64,000 nucleotides of DNA from Lama glama. Its lineage: Eukaryota. Location: NCBI GenBank assembly GCA_028534125.1, contig CM052817.1:15812001-15876000 (forward strand), given 5' to 3'. Numbering within the stretch: the stretch's first letter is position 1; every line of letters begins with the position of its first letter. Under the pieces are notes generated by a model. It ran no database searches. It saw nothing but the letters and a program-made list of their open reading frames with translations, and had not been told where the DNA came from. The position numbers and the translations under genes are program-made. This document shows, one piece after another, positions 13,561-27,600 of the stretch.

Positions 13561-15569
13561 ACGGCTCTTACTCATTACACACGTCCGTTAACTGCATCCA
13601 TTACTGTGCTGGGGCCTCAGTTTCCCTACTGCTAGACTAGGGTCTCCTCATATTAGTTTAGTACGATTCTAAAATTCTATTCACTTGTACCTGCTTTCTC
13701 ATCTACCCAATTAGATGAGTTCTTATTTCCCAGTCGTTCCGTGGGCCCTCCCCGCATATGACTTTCCTCTTACCTTGGGTCTTTGTTCTGTCCAGTTTGT
13801 TATGCCAACAGTTAGCATAAATCCTGGCACATAGTAGGTGGTCAAGAAACATGGGGTAAGCAAACAATGAGATGAAAACTGATGTCTGAAATACTTCCCT
13901 TTCCTCTCTGCCAGTAGAAATCTCTCTCCATCCTGAAGATCTATTTCAGAAGGCTGCCTCCACAAGCCTGGCATCTCTCTACCCCCACAGGTCCCATGGA
14001 TGTCTTCCCAATCCTAGAACTGTTAGGAGCTTGCTAACCTCATTCAATGGTCACATGTTCCCTCGTGGGACAATTAGTTTCTGACAGAAACTGAAGACAG
14101 GGGCTAGATCACTGATTCGTATTTTTTACATGGTGCCTGGAATAGGGTTTTGTTGAATGACCGTCCACTTTGCACCCATTGTCAATTGTGTCCCACACAT
14201 AGGTCTTGTTTCCTCATAAATCTCTGTATTCCCAAAGCAAGATAATCCCTAAAGTCCATATACTTCTTTTACACGCATCGTAGTTTCTGGGAAAGTTCTA
14301 GGCGTGCAGATGAGTCTAAAGCACAATTGTGGGTTCCATAATCAAATAGGGCATGTGCAGCATACGATGCCTTCAGAAGTAGCTGGGAATGACCCTGCCA
14401 GAGGGAAGAGGGAGGCAGTAAAGGAGGCTCTGACCACTAAGGACAAGTTGATGAGAGTTAAAAAGAAATGATGGAGGAAGACATGAACATTCGCCTAAGA
14501 ACAGTTTTTAGCCACAGACTGAACATGGAGAACAGAGGACAGGGAGACAGAGGCAGTGACCCCAAGGCTCGTGGTTTGGGGGAAAAACAGCAAACTGGTT
14601 TCTGATCCCTGGGAGCACACAAACATGAAGTTAGGCAACCTGGTGTGCGCCGTGTTGCAGAGTCAGCCTGTGCTAAAGATTAACAGCCAGTCTTAAAGGG
14701 GACTAAAGATCAGGGGCGAGCTTGCCAAGCACAAAACAGCAGACCTCGTTGGCAGCAGACCGCAATTGCAGGGCAAAGAATACCCAGATCCCACCAGTGC
14801 TCTGCAGAAACAGGCACAGTGTGGTCATTTAACAGTCAATAGAGCATCTCAAGAAAGCAAGTACATCCTGGAGATGGTCATGCGACTGGCCAGTGTCTCT
14901 GACTCTTCCTGCTTGAAAATGGCAATTCCATCCTACTGACACTGAGGAGAAGTGATGGGAACCAGGGAGTTTGAGTTCTGGTTAAATACTAACTCCTAAA
15001 TCTGTGACCTGAAGGAAGACACAAACCATGCATAACCAAGAAGAGCGGCGGGGCACTTATCAGGGGCCTGATGAAATGTTTACGAGAAGACTGGTAATTG
15101 AGGTAGAATCACTCTGGAAGAGAGGAAACCTAGACATGGTATCTGGGACATAGAAGGATCTCTATAAATGTCCTCAGCATTTCCAACTGCCACTGCGTGG
15201 GCATGGTTATCTATTTCTGCAACTCAGTGACAAGTCGCCTTGAGAACTGAGGTCCTGCCTTAAACACCTTCCTACCTGCCACCACACTTGGCATAACACC
15301 TTCATACACTGTGAACTCAGTAAGTATCCGGCCATCCATTGTCTGACGGTAACATCTGTGGCGAAAATCGACCACATACTGAATTGGCAAAATCAGTCTT
15401 CTGAATTTTCAGTAAACTGGCCCATCTGGGTACAAGCTTGAACTTTGATGGTCAGCAGCATTCTTTTGGATGAACTGGGTAAAAGATAATCCATTGTTAA
15501 GGGTTGGAATCCACACCTGTGGTCCTGTGGTTATATGATTTAAACAGATATCTTACACCCATGCCTCCA

Positions 15570-15613
15570 GACACACACATACACACACACACACACACAC
15601 ACAAACACACACA
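15570..15613. repeat. (AC)n microsatellite, imperfect
   Basis: Seen directly in the sequence. Confidence 0.95.
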
Positions 15614-18600
15614 CGATTGTGAACAATAGAAAGCTGATAAAGCTGTACGTACTTTATAGAGACAGACAGACAAGAATTGCCAGAGCAACAGTCTCACAAA
15701 GAGTTGTTAATATCCAAGAAACAAAGATACCAGAAGCAGCCAGCCTCGTGTTTTAAAACTGCATTTTCTTTGCTTTCTGCTTTTAAATTACACACTGCAA
15801 AGTCACTGAGGAAAAAGCTTTAAGAAAACTTTCATTTGCTATGGTACAGCTCGCTGGTCTTTCTTTGCCTAAAAAAAAAGTAAAGAAAATAAATAAATAA
15901 CCCCCCCTGGAAACGTTTCTTGCTTCTCATAGACATTAATAACGATAGCTTGAACTGTAAAGATTTGGTTTTACTGAAGGTAATGGAGTAATGTTTATTT
16001 CCATTAGACTGGCCTATAAAATCCTCTTTTTATAACCATGAGCCTACAATTTCAAAACAGCAAAGTTTGACATTTTGGTCTCTGACAGGCAACACTTAAT
16101 ATTGGGATGTTTGAAAACTCTATATGAAAAAAGCTCTTAACACAAGATAGGCTGAACATTTCCCCCGAAAATGGTTTGTTTTAGCTATCTTTCTTCCTCC
16201 CGGACGGACGAGGAAAATCAGACAGCTTATTGGCTTAGTTCGTTAGGCCAGGTTAAAGGGATGCAATGCCAAAAGACTCTTACAGAAGCTTACCCTTGGT
16301 CTAAAAATAGCAGGCACTAGAGAATTATCTTAAAGACGAACAAACTTGCTCTGTACTGGGAATGCAGATAACTGTAATATGTTTCCATTTTTGGTCTTTT
16401 CAGGTTTTTTTTTTTTTAAGTTTGGCTTGTGGTCGCTATTTAAGTCATTTCTGATTCTATTTGTCACATTTGCTCTCAGAGATACCACTGAGGGTGCTTG
16501 ACTGAGGAATTCTTCCTTAATTCTGCTGCTTTTGTTAAAATCTCACGAGCTAGCGGACTGCCACGCGTGACGTAGCAAGGCCTGGTTAGAAGGCAGATTC
16601 ATTTTTTAAATGTTATCAAGGGCCTACTATGTGCATCCTTTTTCTTGATCATTCTGCTTTCCTCCTAAGAGATGAGCGATGCACTTTGATACATTTTATA
16701 AATAGATAAGGGCATGTTTACCGTCTGATGTGGTGAAGTCTTGCAAGTAAATAACCTACCAGCACTTGTAAACTTTCCTCCCTTTTCATCCTTTCAGCAG
16801 ACATTTTTACTCCTCTGTTTGTGTCTTCATGGCACTTCATTTCCCACTTTGCCACAAAATCCACCCCATTACCTTATAATTTGTTGTTTAAGTGACTTTT
16901 CACAAGACAACCAAGTCTTGTGTCTTATTATGTACATAATGCACCCTTGTATTCTGAGCACCCAACTTAGTGCCTTGCACATAGTTGATGCACTTTAAAT
17001 GGTCAAGAAATGGGTCAACTTAAGAAAGAATACAATAAATTCCTGTATTAGGGCATTTTGCATAAGGGCAGACTGAATTTTAACACACGCGTGAGCCTAA
17101 ACGGTTACCTACATGGGCTGGGTAAACCATTGCCTTTTAAACCCTTTTAAACCAAGACAGCTCACTGAGGCCTTTGCTAAAATAGCAAAGATGACCATGA
17201 ATTCAACAGCTGTACAGAAACTAGTAAGAAATTCAGGTTGAGGGGGTCCTTTTTCCTTTGCTATTTTTGTACCCAGGTTTCCATGATCCCAGCCTCTAAA
17301 CAAAAGCAAGGCCCAAACATTCACAACTTCCAGAAAGCCTGACTGCCTTGGGAAATTAGCCTTCCTTCGCCACCCCACCATTTCCTTCTAGCCCCTGGGG
17401 TTGATTCTTCCAAGAAGTCAGGTAACTGCCATAGAACTATGGTACCGTAAACCTGTGCAAAGGGGCAATCACTTTTCCACATCGGGTGAATTCTTTCATT
17501 GCAATTTTTGATAAAAATACTACAACAAAAACAAAATATCTGCAGGAGTTTGAAGGCTGGGGACCTGTGGCCATGCATTTCTGTGCGCTCCCAGGTCCCC
17601 CAGACAGAGGCAGAGTTACACTGATGCTCTGGAACCTCCACAGAGGTACCAATTCTTTAGCTCTTCATCAAGTGTGAGAAATATTCCCTCTTCAGCCAGA
17701 AGGAGGAAGACACCCATGGCAGACGTACAACGGGGTCTTTATGTGGCAACACTCACTGGCTTAACACAGCCACGTGGCTCCCGACTGCCACTATAACCCC
17801 CACATATCTTAGTCTGTGGAGCAAATCCCGGTGAAGTAGAAGGTGAGTTCACAGCCATGCTGGCAGGTGCACACGTACTGCTGTCACGGTTGGCTCTGTT
17901 TACAAACCATCTCTTGCTCTGAGATCTTTGAGAAGCCTTATTTTTAGCATGATTGGTCTGAATGGCTGGGAAGGTTATTTTATTCTCTCTCCCTCTTCCC
18001 CTCTCCCAGGATATGACAGAACCACTGTAAATCTATTAACAGACATCAGAGATGGAATTCCTAATATGCATGGCTTTGCACTGGGCACTGAGAAGGTGAT
18101 GAGACAACGACTTAAGGTGTACATATCCGTTCCCTCTTGCAGTTTGTAATCTAACTTGAGAGACAATATGGCCACCCTGAAAAGACCTCCACAAAAGGAA
18201 AAGATGCTCTTTTGTATACCTGACAAAAATACTCATTTCTGTGCCTAAGAGGGGCCACTGATACCTTCTTAAATTTAGGGATTTAATAGTTTATCCTTTG
18301 CCCAGTAAAGGCTCCAAGTGAACACAGACCCAAACAATCATCAGCCTTTAGTCTAGCACATTGTTATAACACAGTTTATGGAAATTGTGTCTATGGAAAA
18401 TTTCCTTCTGACTCACTTCTTAAGACTTACTTCCACTAGCCCTCAAAGGAGGATAGACTTAATTTTGAGAACCACCCCCAACTGCACACCTTTTCCTCTC
18501 TGTGCTTCGCACTTTATTTGCATTGATACTCTCCTGTCCCCTGCCTGGCCCCGTGGAGGACATGGAGACGGCCGGGCAGCCAGCTTGCACACAGCCTGGA

Positions 18601-21600
18601 ATCGGCTTTTATGCTACTGGATGAAAGGTCGTGTGGAAAGGCCCAACACAGGCACAATTAATCCGGTCACTCAGGGACCATCCACTGGTTCAAGAATCGT
18701 GTGCAGGTGAGTGATGGACAGGGTCACCGCTGCCTGACTGTATCGGGGGTTATTATGACAGCCATAAAGAGAAAGGGAAAAATTGAACAAGGGAAGAATT
18801 ACTCCTGAAAGGGACATGAAGAGAGGCACAAACGCCTTCATACAAAGGAGAAGTGTGGGAAGGTACCTGGGGAGCCGGGCTGCTGACGGCTGTCAGGATG
18901 GACAGCATTCTTTGAAACTGCCAAAGTTTGAATATGAAATGAGGGGTCATGGCCTAACCAAGGCACAGGGTTCCACACAGAGAAACCCAAGCTCTCCATT
19001 CTCTCCCCTCCGGTGAAAGGTGACAGAGCTGGGTGAAAGAGTTTGGATAAAGAAGACACCATTACAGCTTCCCTTGGTTTTGAAGCAGAATTAGATTTAG
19101 GGAACTCAGTCCTGCACACGATCCGAAATCCTTTTCCCAAAACCAAGCAGCACATTTTAGTGATTGTCTTGCAAGCCTTGTGGTTGGTGATTTATTTATA
19201 AGGATCTCCAAACAAAATGGGAAAAAAAGGGAGGGAAATTACTCATGGTGCTGGTCATACAATTGAGTGTGTTCTCAACGAATATATACACATGAATTAT
19301 GCATTGCTGGGGTGGCGGTTTATTTGGGGACTGAGCAGGGAAGCAATGAAGGGGAAAAGTATAGGTAATTTCATTCTAAGGTAATGTGGGAAATACTTAC
19401 TTAAGGATAACTCTGCTGAGCTGTATTTGTATTGTCCAATGACTCTACAGCTAAAGAGCTTTACAATTGACAAGGAAAAAAAAATCAGTGGTCTTATTTT
19501 ATCGGAGGAAAATTTAACAGTTGTAATTTTTAAGGGAGGACGTGATCTGATGGATTATATGACGAAGTTTAACATTTCTTGGAGCTTTCTCCTATTGGGT
19601 ACCACTACATGGGAAAGACAGGATGATACCTAGACCCTGTGAAAATCTTTCAGCTGTAAAAATATGTATGTGTGTTTGTATATATGCCTCATTTTTCTCC
19701 GATCAGGAATTAATCCACACTGGCACTTGTGCAGATGGATCAAGAAGTTATATCACTTAAGCACAACTTATTAAAGCATTTAATGGGAAGATTTTGAAGT
19801 CATTTACATATTTCCCTCACCATAAAAAATGATGAGAGTTGATTTCTGTAGCATTGTGGAATATTGTAAAATGACAATAGGAAGGAATTTAGAAATACAG
19901 TCCTAAGAAATATAGGACATTTGGCCCACAACTGAAATGGCCCCAGACAGTTATATTTTGAGTGACTGTCTACTTTGTGTAGTTTTCAGTCTCATCTCTT
20001 TTGGTCAGTTCCTGCTTCCCACTCCTAGCCGCTACAAGCTCTTTCACTTTCTAAATCATTTCTTCTAATCTCTCATGTGCTCAGAACACAGATAACTAGA
20101 TTGGTTTAAATTGCAGGTAAAACCAAAGGAAGCAAGTGGTAAGTGAGAGCTGGAGAAGCTTGTCTGGGGAGAAAATGCATTGAGTTGGAGGGTCTGATTT
20201 TTTTTTTCCTGCATCTAGTTTGGCTTCTCAGAGACATTTTTACAAATGGTGTGTTTCTCAGCTGTGTTTCAGACAATTAATAATACGAAGTTAATAATGG
20301 CCAGAGAAATGAGGTCTCGTAATATGAATTATAAAAATAACCACCGTGATCAAGGAGAAATGCATCCCCTCTATGGAACATACATCTTCTCTTTCAGCTA
20401 TGAAGCATGTCACTGGAAATAAAAATGAACCAGCAACTAAAGGGAAAACGTGGGTCCACGTTTTGTTTTTCAGTGTCACAAAAGTGGCAGGGAGGTCACA
20501 CAGTACTGTGGGAGGGTACCATGCCTTTTGCTGACTCAGGGAAGAAACGCATTTGCCATTCAAAGACAAATTAAACAGGGCATGGATTGCGCTAGGTGGA
20601 TCGTCAGATGCAGTTATCTGCCAAGACCAGACAACAGTCAGTTACCTCCAAATGCATCTAAACGCAGAATTCTTTGGCTCTGTGTGGACAGAACATCCTT
20701 GTCAGAATTTTCAGTTGGAACAAATATTGCAAAGCGGTCCAGATGAGATCTGTCCCCATAGAAATGGACACAAATTCCTTCAGGACGGGGGCAGCCACCT
20801 TAGCCACATTGCTGGGATTGCCGGGTGATAGGACTAGAGGAGCCAGAAAGGGGCATCGTGACCTAATGTAACTCTCAAATCCACTGCACGCAGAGTCCTG
20901 GAAGTGGGGACGTGGGGCGGGGAGAAGTCACTTATCCCAGACAGCATGGCAGCGGCATGCGAATGCTCAGGTATTTGCTCAGACTCTTCTCTGGTGGGAA
21001 CTGGAGGTGAGCCTGCCCATTGGGCGGCACTGCCTACAAGAAAAAGGCAGGCTGATAGATGCAGCTTAGAGGAGAGCAGGGTGTCCCCGCTAAGCATGAG
21101 CTGGCAAGACACAAGAGGATTCTGACATGAGAACATTTCTCGACAGGATCTGAGTTGGCGGGGATCCCTGGACACTGGGAGAACTACGTCTGGAATACAG
21201 AAGCTCCAGCTCCACATCTGAACGAAGGAGATGGCTGATGTCCTGAGGCCAAAGATCTGTGGAATAACCAAGGGCATTCTGATAATACAGGCACTTGTTT
21301 CCCTATAGCAGCATTCAAATGCAAAAATAAACTTCTCAGAAAAGGACTGGGGAGAAGAGATTGAAGCCTGAGCTTTCCCAGGAAGTGAGAGAGAGCTACC
21401 CGAATCAGGTGCAGGAGAGATGTAACGCCTGGCACCTCCAGAGAGGAGAGGAGGAGGGATGGGCAGGTAGCAATCTTCCTGTGCCCGCCTCATCCACGGA
21501 CGCAGGGAGCAGGACGGTCCCTGGGTCGAACCATCCATGAGACGACGCAAAGACAGTTCGAAGAGATGGAAAAGCTGCCTGTTGAGGATGTCACCTCGAG

Positions 21601-24600
21601 GCAAAAAGTGTGTCAGCCCTTCTAGCTGGACCGAAATATCACTCTCACAGAGAAAGGTAAAGAGGCCTAAATTGGTACAAAATGATTTTCATCCAAAAGA
21701 GCCCCACAGAACGCTGCCAGGGCTCGGCATGCCACTCACGTCAACCTGGCACGCTGGCTGGAGAACTTTCTGCCGACGGGCTTGCTCTCTTCCCTGAGGT
21801 GGGCTACCTCTCATCTCCCCTCAGCAATTCCGATGAGCAAACTGCTGTGCTTCTCAATACGCAGTGCGTAGGACTCCTAGGGTCCCCCCTGCCCTTTACA
21901 AAGAGTCTGTCCCACTGCCCTGCACTTGTTGGACCCTACGCCTGGGCTCTTGGTTTGGAACAGAAGTTCCCACTAGCTAGGAGAAATGCAATCTAGCCAA
22001 ATTCCACTCCAAGGGGAAGGCATTTCTGCAGATGGTAAGTGCAGCAACCCAGAGGAGGGCAGAGCTGATCGGTTCGCGATGATCAGGATACACAGGCAGG
22101 TGGAGAAAGCCCTCGCTTTGCTTTCTCTATCAGAGGGCTTATCTCGCTTGATTTCAAAGCCCTGTCCTCATCACTAACCCTGAACTTCACGGCACCATGG
22201 ACTTCGTCCACACTTGACCACTGTATCCCTGGGAAGTAGCAAGGAGACAGGCGTGCTAAGGATTGACAGTAGTTATATTTTATGAGTGGGTAAACAAATC
22301 AGTGAGAGAATAGAAGCAGGGAGACTTGTGAAAATACGCAAACGGTGGAGACTGGAAGCTTTGGCCAGCAAGTGGTTTCTTCTATGAGATACGGTGATCA
22401 CCCACACCACAAGTGATGTGGGACCAAAGGCCGGTGTTAGTCGTACTCCTCCGTACAATACGCATTTGAAAGCACTGCCCTGAGGTTTGAAAGTTAGCAA
22501 CTTAACTGGGGAAATCCATACGATTGCAGAGACAGCCAGCTCCGTCTTCTGTCTCCGGGCCATTTGAAGGAAGATGGGGAGGACTGAACACATCTAAGAA
22601 TTTCTCCAAAGTGAAAAAGGACTTGGCATCAGTTTGTCCTCAGGGCCAAAATATCAGTCGCTGTGGAAATCGGTCTCTGTGGTTCCTCCCCGGCAACTGA
22701 TGAGTATGTTTCCTTTGTCCCTTTTTTCTCCTTTCAGTAAATTGCACATTTAGTACAGTCATTTCTTTGCTGCCCCTCTCTAAATTCTCTGTCGTGGGAA
22801 AATTTGATCAAACTATCCAGCCTTCACAATTACCCAGGACTCTGATAATGAATTAAGAGTCAACTGGAGGGAAGAGAGAGCTTGCCAGAGGATAGTCAGA
22901 GAATTTCATGACAATTAGCACTGACGCGCGCACTACAAGAATAGAAAAAAAAATTGCTTTAAAGGAGAACAAAAAAAGCTACTCACACATACGCAACCCC
23001 AAAAAAGCCTGCAAGCACTGGCTGAAAATGATACCATTGGATGACAGAACAAACACACCAGATTAGCCAATTAGCATTCACCCAGGAAAAGCAAGCACTC
23101 TGGAGTGAGGGGAGAAAGGAATCCATCAGCAGTAATACCAACTTTACAATAGCCCTGACTGTTTATCTGCCCAAAGGAAGTGCTACCACCCCACTTTCTC
23201 GTGACCCTCTCGACAATTCTGGGGGAAAAAAATGTTAGTTCAACGTTATCGCAAGCCGGAATATGACTCTATTTATGTGACAAGTTGACAACATACAATT
23301 TCATGCTTGTTGAACTGATCGGTGTTATATATTCACTGTGAATATTTTGAAGCCTCACCATTATAAATATGAAACAGTATACACTTATTCAAAATAACTC
23401 CAGCAGTGGCAATTTATAGCTGGGTGGTTTATGCTCTTACGGAGTCCAATGCCGCCTTAAGGGGCCGCGGCGCCCAGAAACAGATGTGAAGTGTGACGAC
23501 GACCAGAAGGGCCTGACGATGACCTGAGGGAGGCAGGCTATTCCATTCTGGTCTGCAGGGCAGCTGACACTGGTTTGTATTTAGATATGTGACTGGTGAG
23601 AACACTGTGTCCTTAAAGAGCTGTTTAAACACGGGCCAAGCCATTTGTCTCCCGGACTAATTATTTTACCACCCTGCGAGGGCAAGTAGCACTTTTTTTT
23701 TTTTCCCTTTTAAAAGAAAAAAAGAATGTGAACGTGCATGCACACACACAGGCGCACATTTCCACTGTGCTGTGTAAAGCTACAGACAGTGCTTTAAACC
23801 TTGGTCACGTCAGGTGAATGTTGGCAAGGGATCCGGAACGCGCACATAACAGGATTGTACCACTTTTTCGATCAGGTGCTTGGGGACAAGACGAGGCCAC
23901 AGACCATCAAATCCTAAGCTGTTCCAGCCGCTGTTTTTGGTCAAGGTGTCTCCTCCTTTCTCTCCTCCCCTTCTTTCTTTCTCTGAGCAAGTTTCAACCA
24001 ATTTGCAAGTGTTCGCTTCCGCAAGGACAAATTTGGAAGAGTGAAGAACAACACAATTTATCCAAATGTGGAAAAAAATGAGGGAACCGGGCGCCTTGCT
24101 AAGGCTAGATATCAAAAATTTGCATAAGTAGTTTCCCAACGACAGAGGTGCTATTTGGAACAAAATAAATTGCTTGTATTGTATGCAGGGCACAAACCTT
24201 GACCAAGTTTGTGGTTGCTTCCCAGCTCCTATGTTTGAGGACACACAGACAGTCCCGCTCAGAAGCCCGATCTGTTTGCCCTCTGTAGGTAGAGCTAAAA
24301 GGATAATAGTTTATTTATTATTTCATTTAATTATTTGTTTCTGGGTAGACCTAAAAGGGTTATTGTTTACATAGAAATCTGTATTTGACTAAGAGAAATA
24401 AATTAAAAATATTTGAAATATGAATTACGCTGCTCCAGGATTTTCTAGTAATTCTTGTTTCCTTTCCGTTTGTTTGTTTGCTTACGATCAGGTAATGCCC
24501 TCAGCTCTTATTTGGAGATCTAGCAATGGATTCACTGACCAGAATCCTGGATCCCTTTTGAAAGATTTTAATCAGAGTGTTTTAGAACTTCCCCACGCCA

Positions 24601-27600
24601 GTGAAGTTTGTTCTTCAACATCGACATCTCTTTCTACTCTTCCTGTTGGACTGAAGTGACGGTCTGTCTAGTAAATCCAGCCCACAAGATAATATAATCA
24701 CATACATTCATTTCTCAGAGACCTTGGCGGTTCTTATCTCCTTGCTTTTATGATCTCTCATGAACAGCCAGGAATAGCAATTTGCGGCCTGTGTGTACAG
24801 CCATCTTCGTCTGAACCTAGCCTTCTCCTCTTTTATCACATGGCGATATTCTGCAGCTCAATCCCATTTGCCACAGCAAAATTCGCGCTGAGCTCCATTT
24901 TGGAATAATGTTAAGTGCTCTCCGTGTGTATGGTACGTATCAAACATGCGATGGAGGGCGATTATCATTTCAATGAGCTTTTTATTAATAGAAGGTGGTG
25001 TGTGTGCTTTGCTTAGATTGACTGATGTGCTGCCCACTGTACATTGTCGCCAGAAGCTATTTAGTTTGTGGCCATCAGTGTCTCAGACAAGCAGCTCTGC
25101 GCCTCTCACCGTCCTGGTTTCTTCCAGGTGCTTTGCTCAACTTCACTTTAGCACAATATCTCCCACAACATTAAACACCAGGCTCGAGTTCCGCGTTAAA
25201 TCACAATCGTTTCCTATTAAGTGTTCTAAGCTACCCATTTTTATTAACAGTTGCTTTATTAAATCCTTAATAACATAGATAGACTAGTTAGTTAATTTGT
25301 GTGTTGAGCCATGGATGTTAATTTGTAAACATAATAACATACTGCAATCATTTGCATAATAGCATTTTAATCTTTTTAGTAAAAGCTGTAATTCCCTACA
25401 AAGTACACTGCAGTAGAAACTAAGTGACTATTGGTAATAATACAAAAGGCCTTAAAATTCTGATCCTATTATAGTGTTGGAACAGACCCAAACTGCTTCC
25501 ATAATCTTTGAAATGTTACTGTTCTCTGATTTAGGTGTCTGTGTCAGGAATAAAAATGAAGTAACCCTGGTAGCAGCAGACGATTTCCTACGTGTAATTT
25601 AGTATTCACTAAGCACCCGCACTTCGCAAATAGCTCTGAGGCTTTCCTTCAAAGTTCAGAGCTCCAACTCTGCACACTGTGCGAGAAACGCCAAGGAATT
25701 CACTCGAAACTTGGACGTGCTGCGTGCGGACCGGGCTCCGAGAACCCGCGCTGGTGCAGCACAGGGAGGGCCATTGGCCACCGAGGGATTGGTTTCGGCG
25801 TTGCCTTGCTCCTCCCTAATCAGCCTGCACTTACCTCCTTGAACTGACTGCTTCTGAGCAGAAGTTTGGAAGAGAATGAAAAAGTGGGGGAAATAGTTTA
25901 ACAAAGCTACTTCTGAGAAAGAAAAAACAAATATGAACTCTAGAGGGGGCTTGATGTCTAGAGCCCATTGACACCAATCACAAGACTGGCCAAAAAGAAG
26001 AGAGAGAGAGAGAAAAAAAAGGAGAGGGGGTAGTTGTTTAAAAGTCAGGCCAAGTCATTTTACGCAAGATCTGGTAATTCATTAATCTATCCGGCTGCAA
26101 ACCATGAATGAATAACCTGCCCTAGTAATGGAGATGGGCAGGTCTACAAAGTATCAGTGTTTAGAATCTGAAACTATGCAAATGATTCTATCCTTTTGGA
26201 ACAGAAAAGGCACAAAAGTACCTCCTATCATCGCTTTAGGACAAATGGCATAATGGATAAGAAGTCATTTATCTTCGTAAAATTTTGCCTGAGCCAAGAG
26301 TACGAGTGTGTATTTCCTTGTGTCTCTCTCTCCCCTTTTCTCTTGCTCTCACTTGAGCACTTCAGCATCTTCAACAGGCTACAGTAAAACCCAGAATCCT
26401 GCTTTGCCTTCAAACTCTACCTCAGGGTGCACAGTCCTGAAAGTAACCTGACAGGTTAGAGAAGAAGGGAAAAAAATGGCCCTTACAAAATTGTTTTATA
26501 TCTCAGGTGATTCCTTTTATAAAACCCACGATAAAAGTTCTCATTGCTAAAAGAACAGGCACATAATTATAGGAACAGATTAATCTTGTTTAAAATGTGA
26601 AGTCTGGGCTGGGGAACAGGAGAAGAACAGTTTGGCTTCGGGTCTCTAATGTTCGTCTTTTTATCTGCTCTGTGTGTTGATCTCACTCAGAGGTGAGCCA
26701 TCTGCTGGGCTCTGTTTCCACGACATTGCAATGCAGATGGGGACGTGGACAAACAGACACGGCGTAGGTATGAGGTTCCTACGCAAGCACACACAGTTGT
26801 TATACAAATAGACAGTTTGTCCCATGCAGCATCCTGAATCTTGATCACTTTAACCATGACTAATACCTCTGAAGTCAACCTAAGGGGCAATGAGCCACTG
26901 TTTTCGTGATTCCTCTCCAATTTTTCCTCCTTGTCAATGTGGGTCTCCACTTTTTGGCTCCAAAGATATCCAGGCAGAGTAATTTCTAGTTAAATGACCC
27001 ACCTGAGGGTCCAGGACGTAAGCCTGTGATAGGCTCATAAAATGACTCGCCTCCTTCTTGGAGTGGCCGGAGTATCAGACATGAAAGAGCTGGTCTCCAC
27101 CCCACAAAAACACAAACTAGTGTGTCCTGCAATGACAGCGCCTCATGAACTGCCTGGATTCTCACTTTCCAAACTGCACATGGCTAAGAACTAGACTGAC
27201 TGCCATGAAACCCAGCAGCCGACCTCATCTTTTGTAACCACAGCTTATGCTAATGAAAGCAATCATCAGGAAAGTACTAGTAATGGTAAGTATCAGGTAA
27301 CCGGCACACTGCGACTTACTCTTTATTAGGAGGGGTTAATGCCAAGAAACATGGCCCGATGGGGTCAGAACTCCTGAGCCGTATTTTTCCAGTGGTCAGC
27401 ATGATGGCAGGGCAGAAACAGGGTGATAAACCAGATGTTCCCAAGATAAGGCAGATGTTATCGGAGCCTAAAACGGTCTTTCAGTGAGGTGTGTGGATGA
27501 ACACACACCCAAACAGAAAACACACACAAGAACACTATTTAGTCTCCCTGCCAGATAAGCCAGCAGAAGTAAAGCAGCACAGGCTGGGTCAGACTGTTGC

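Noticed and set aside
20834..21604. 256-aa ORF as a protein-coding gene
   Set aside because: Ser/Pro/Leu-rich with no recognisable domain and no supporting exon structure; intronic.
25589..25726. HIF response element cluster (TACGTG, ACGTG, GCGTG)
   Set aside because: Five- to six-base motifs are expected by chance in a CpG-retaining patch; insufficient support alone.
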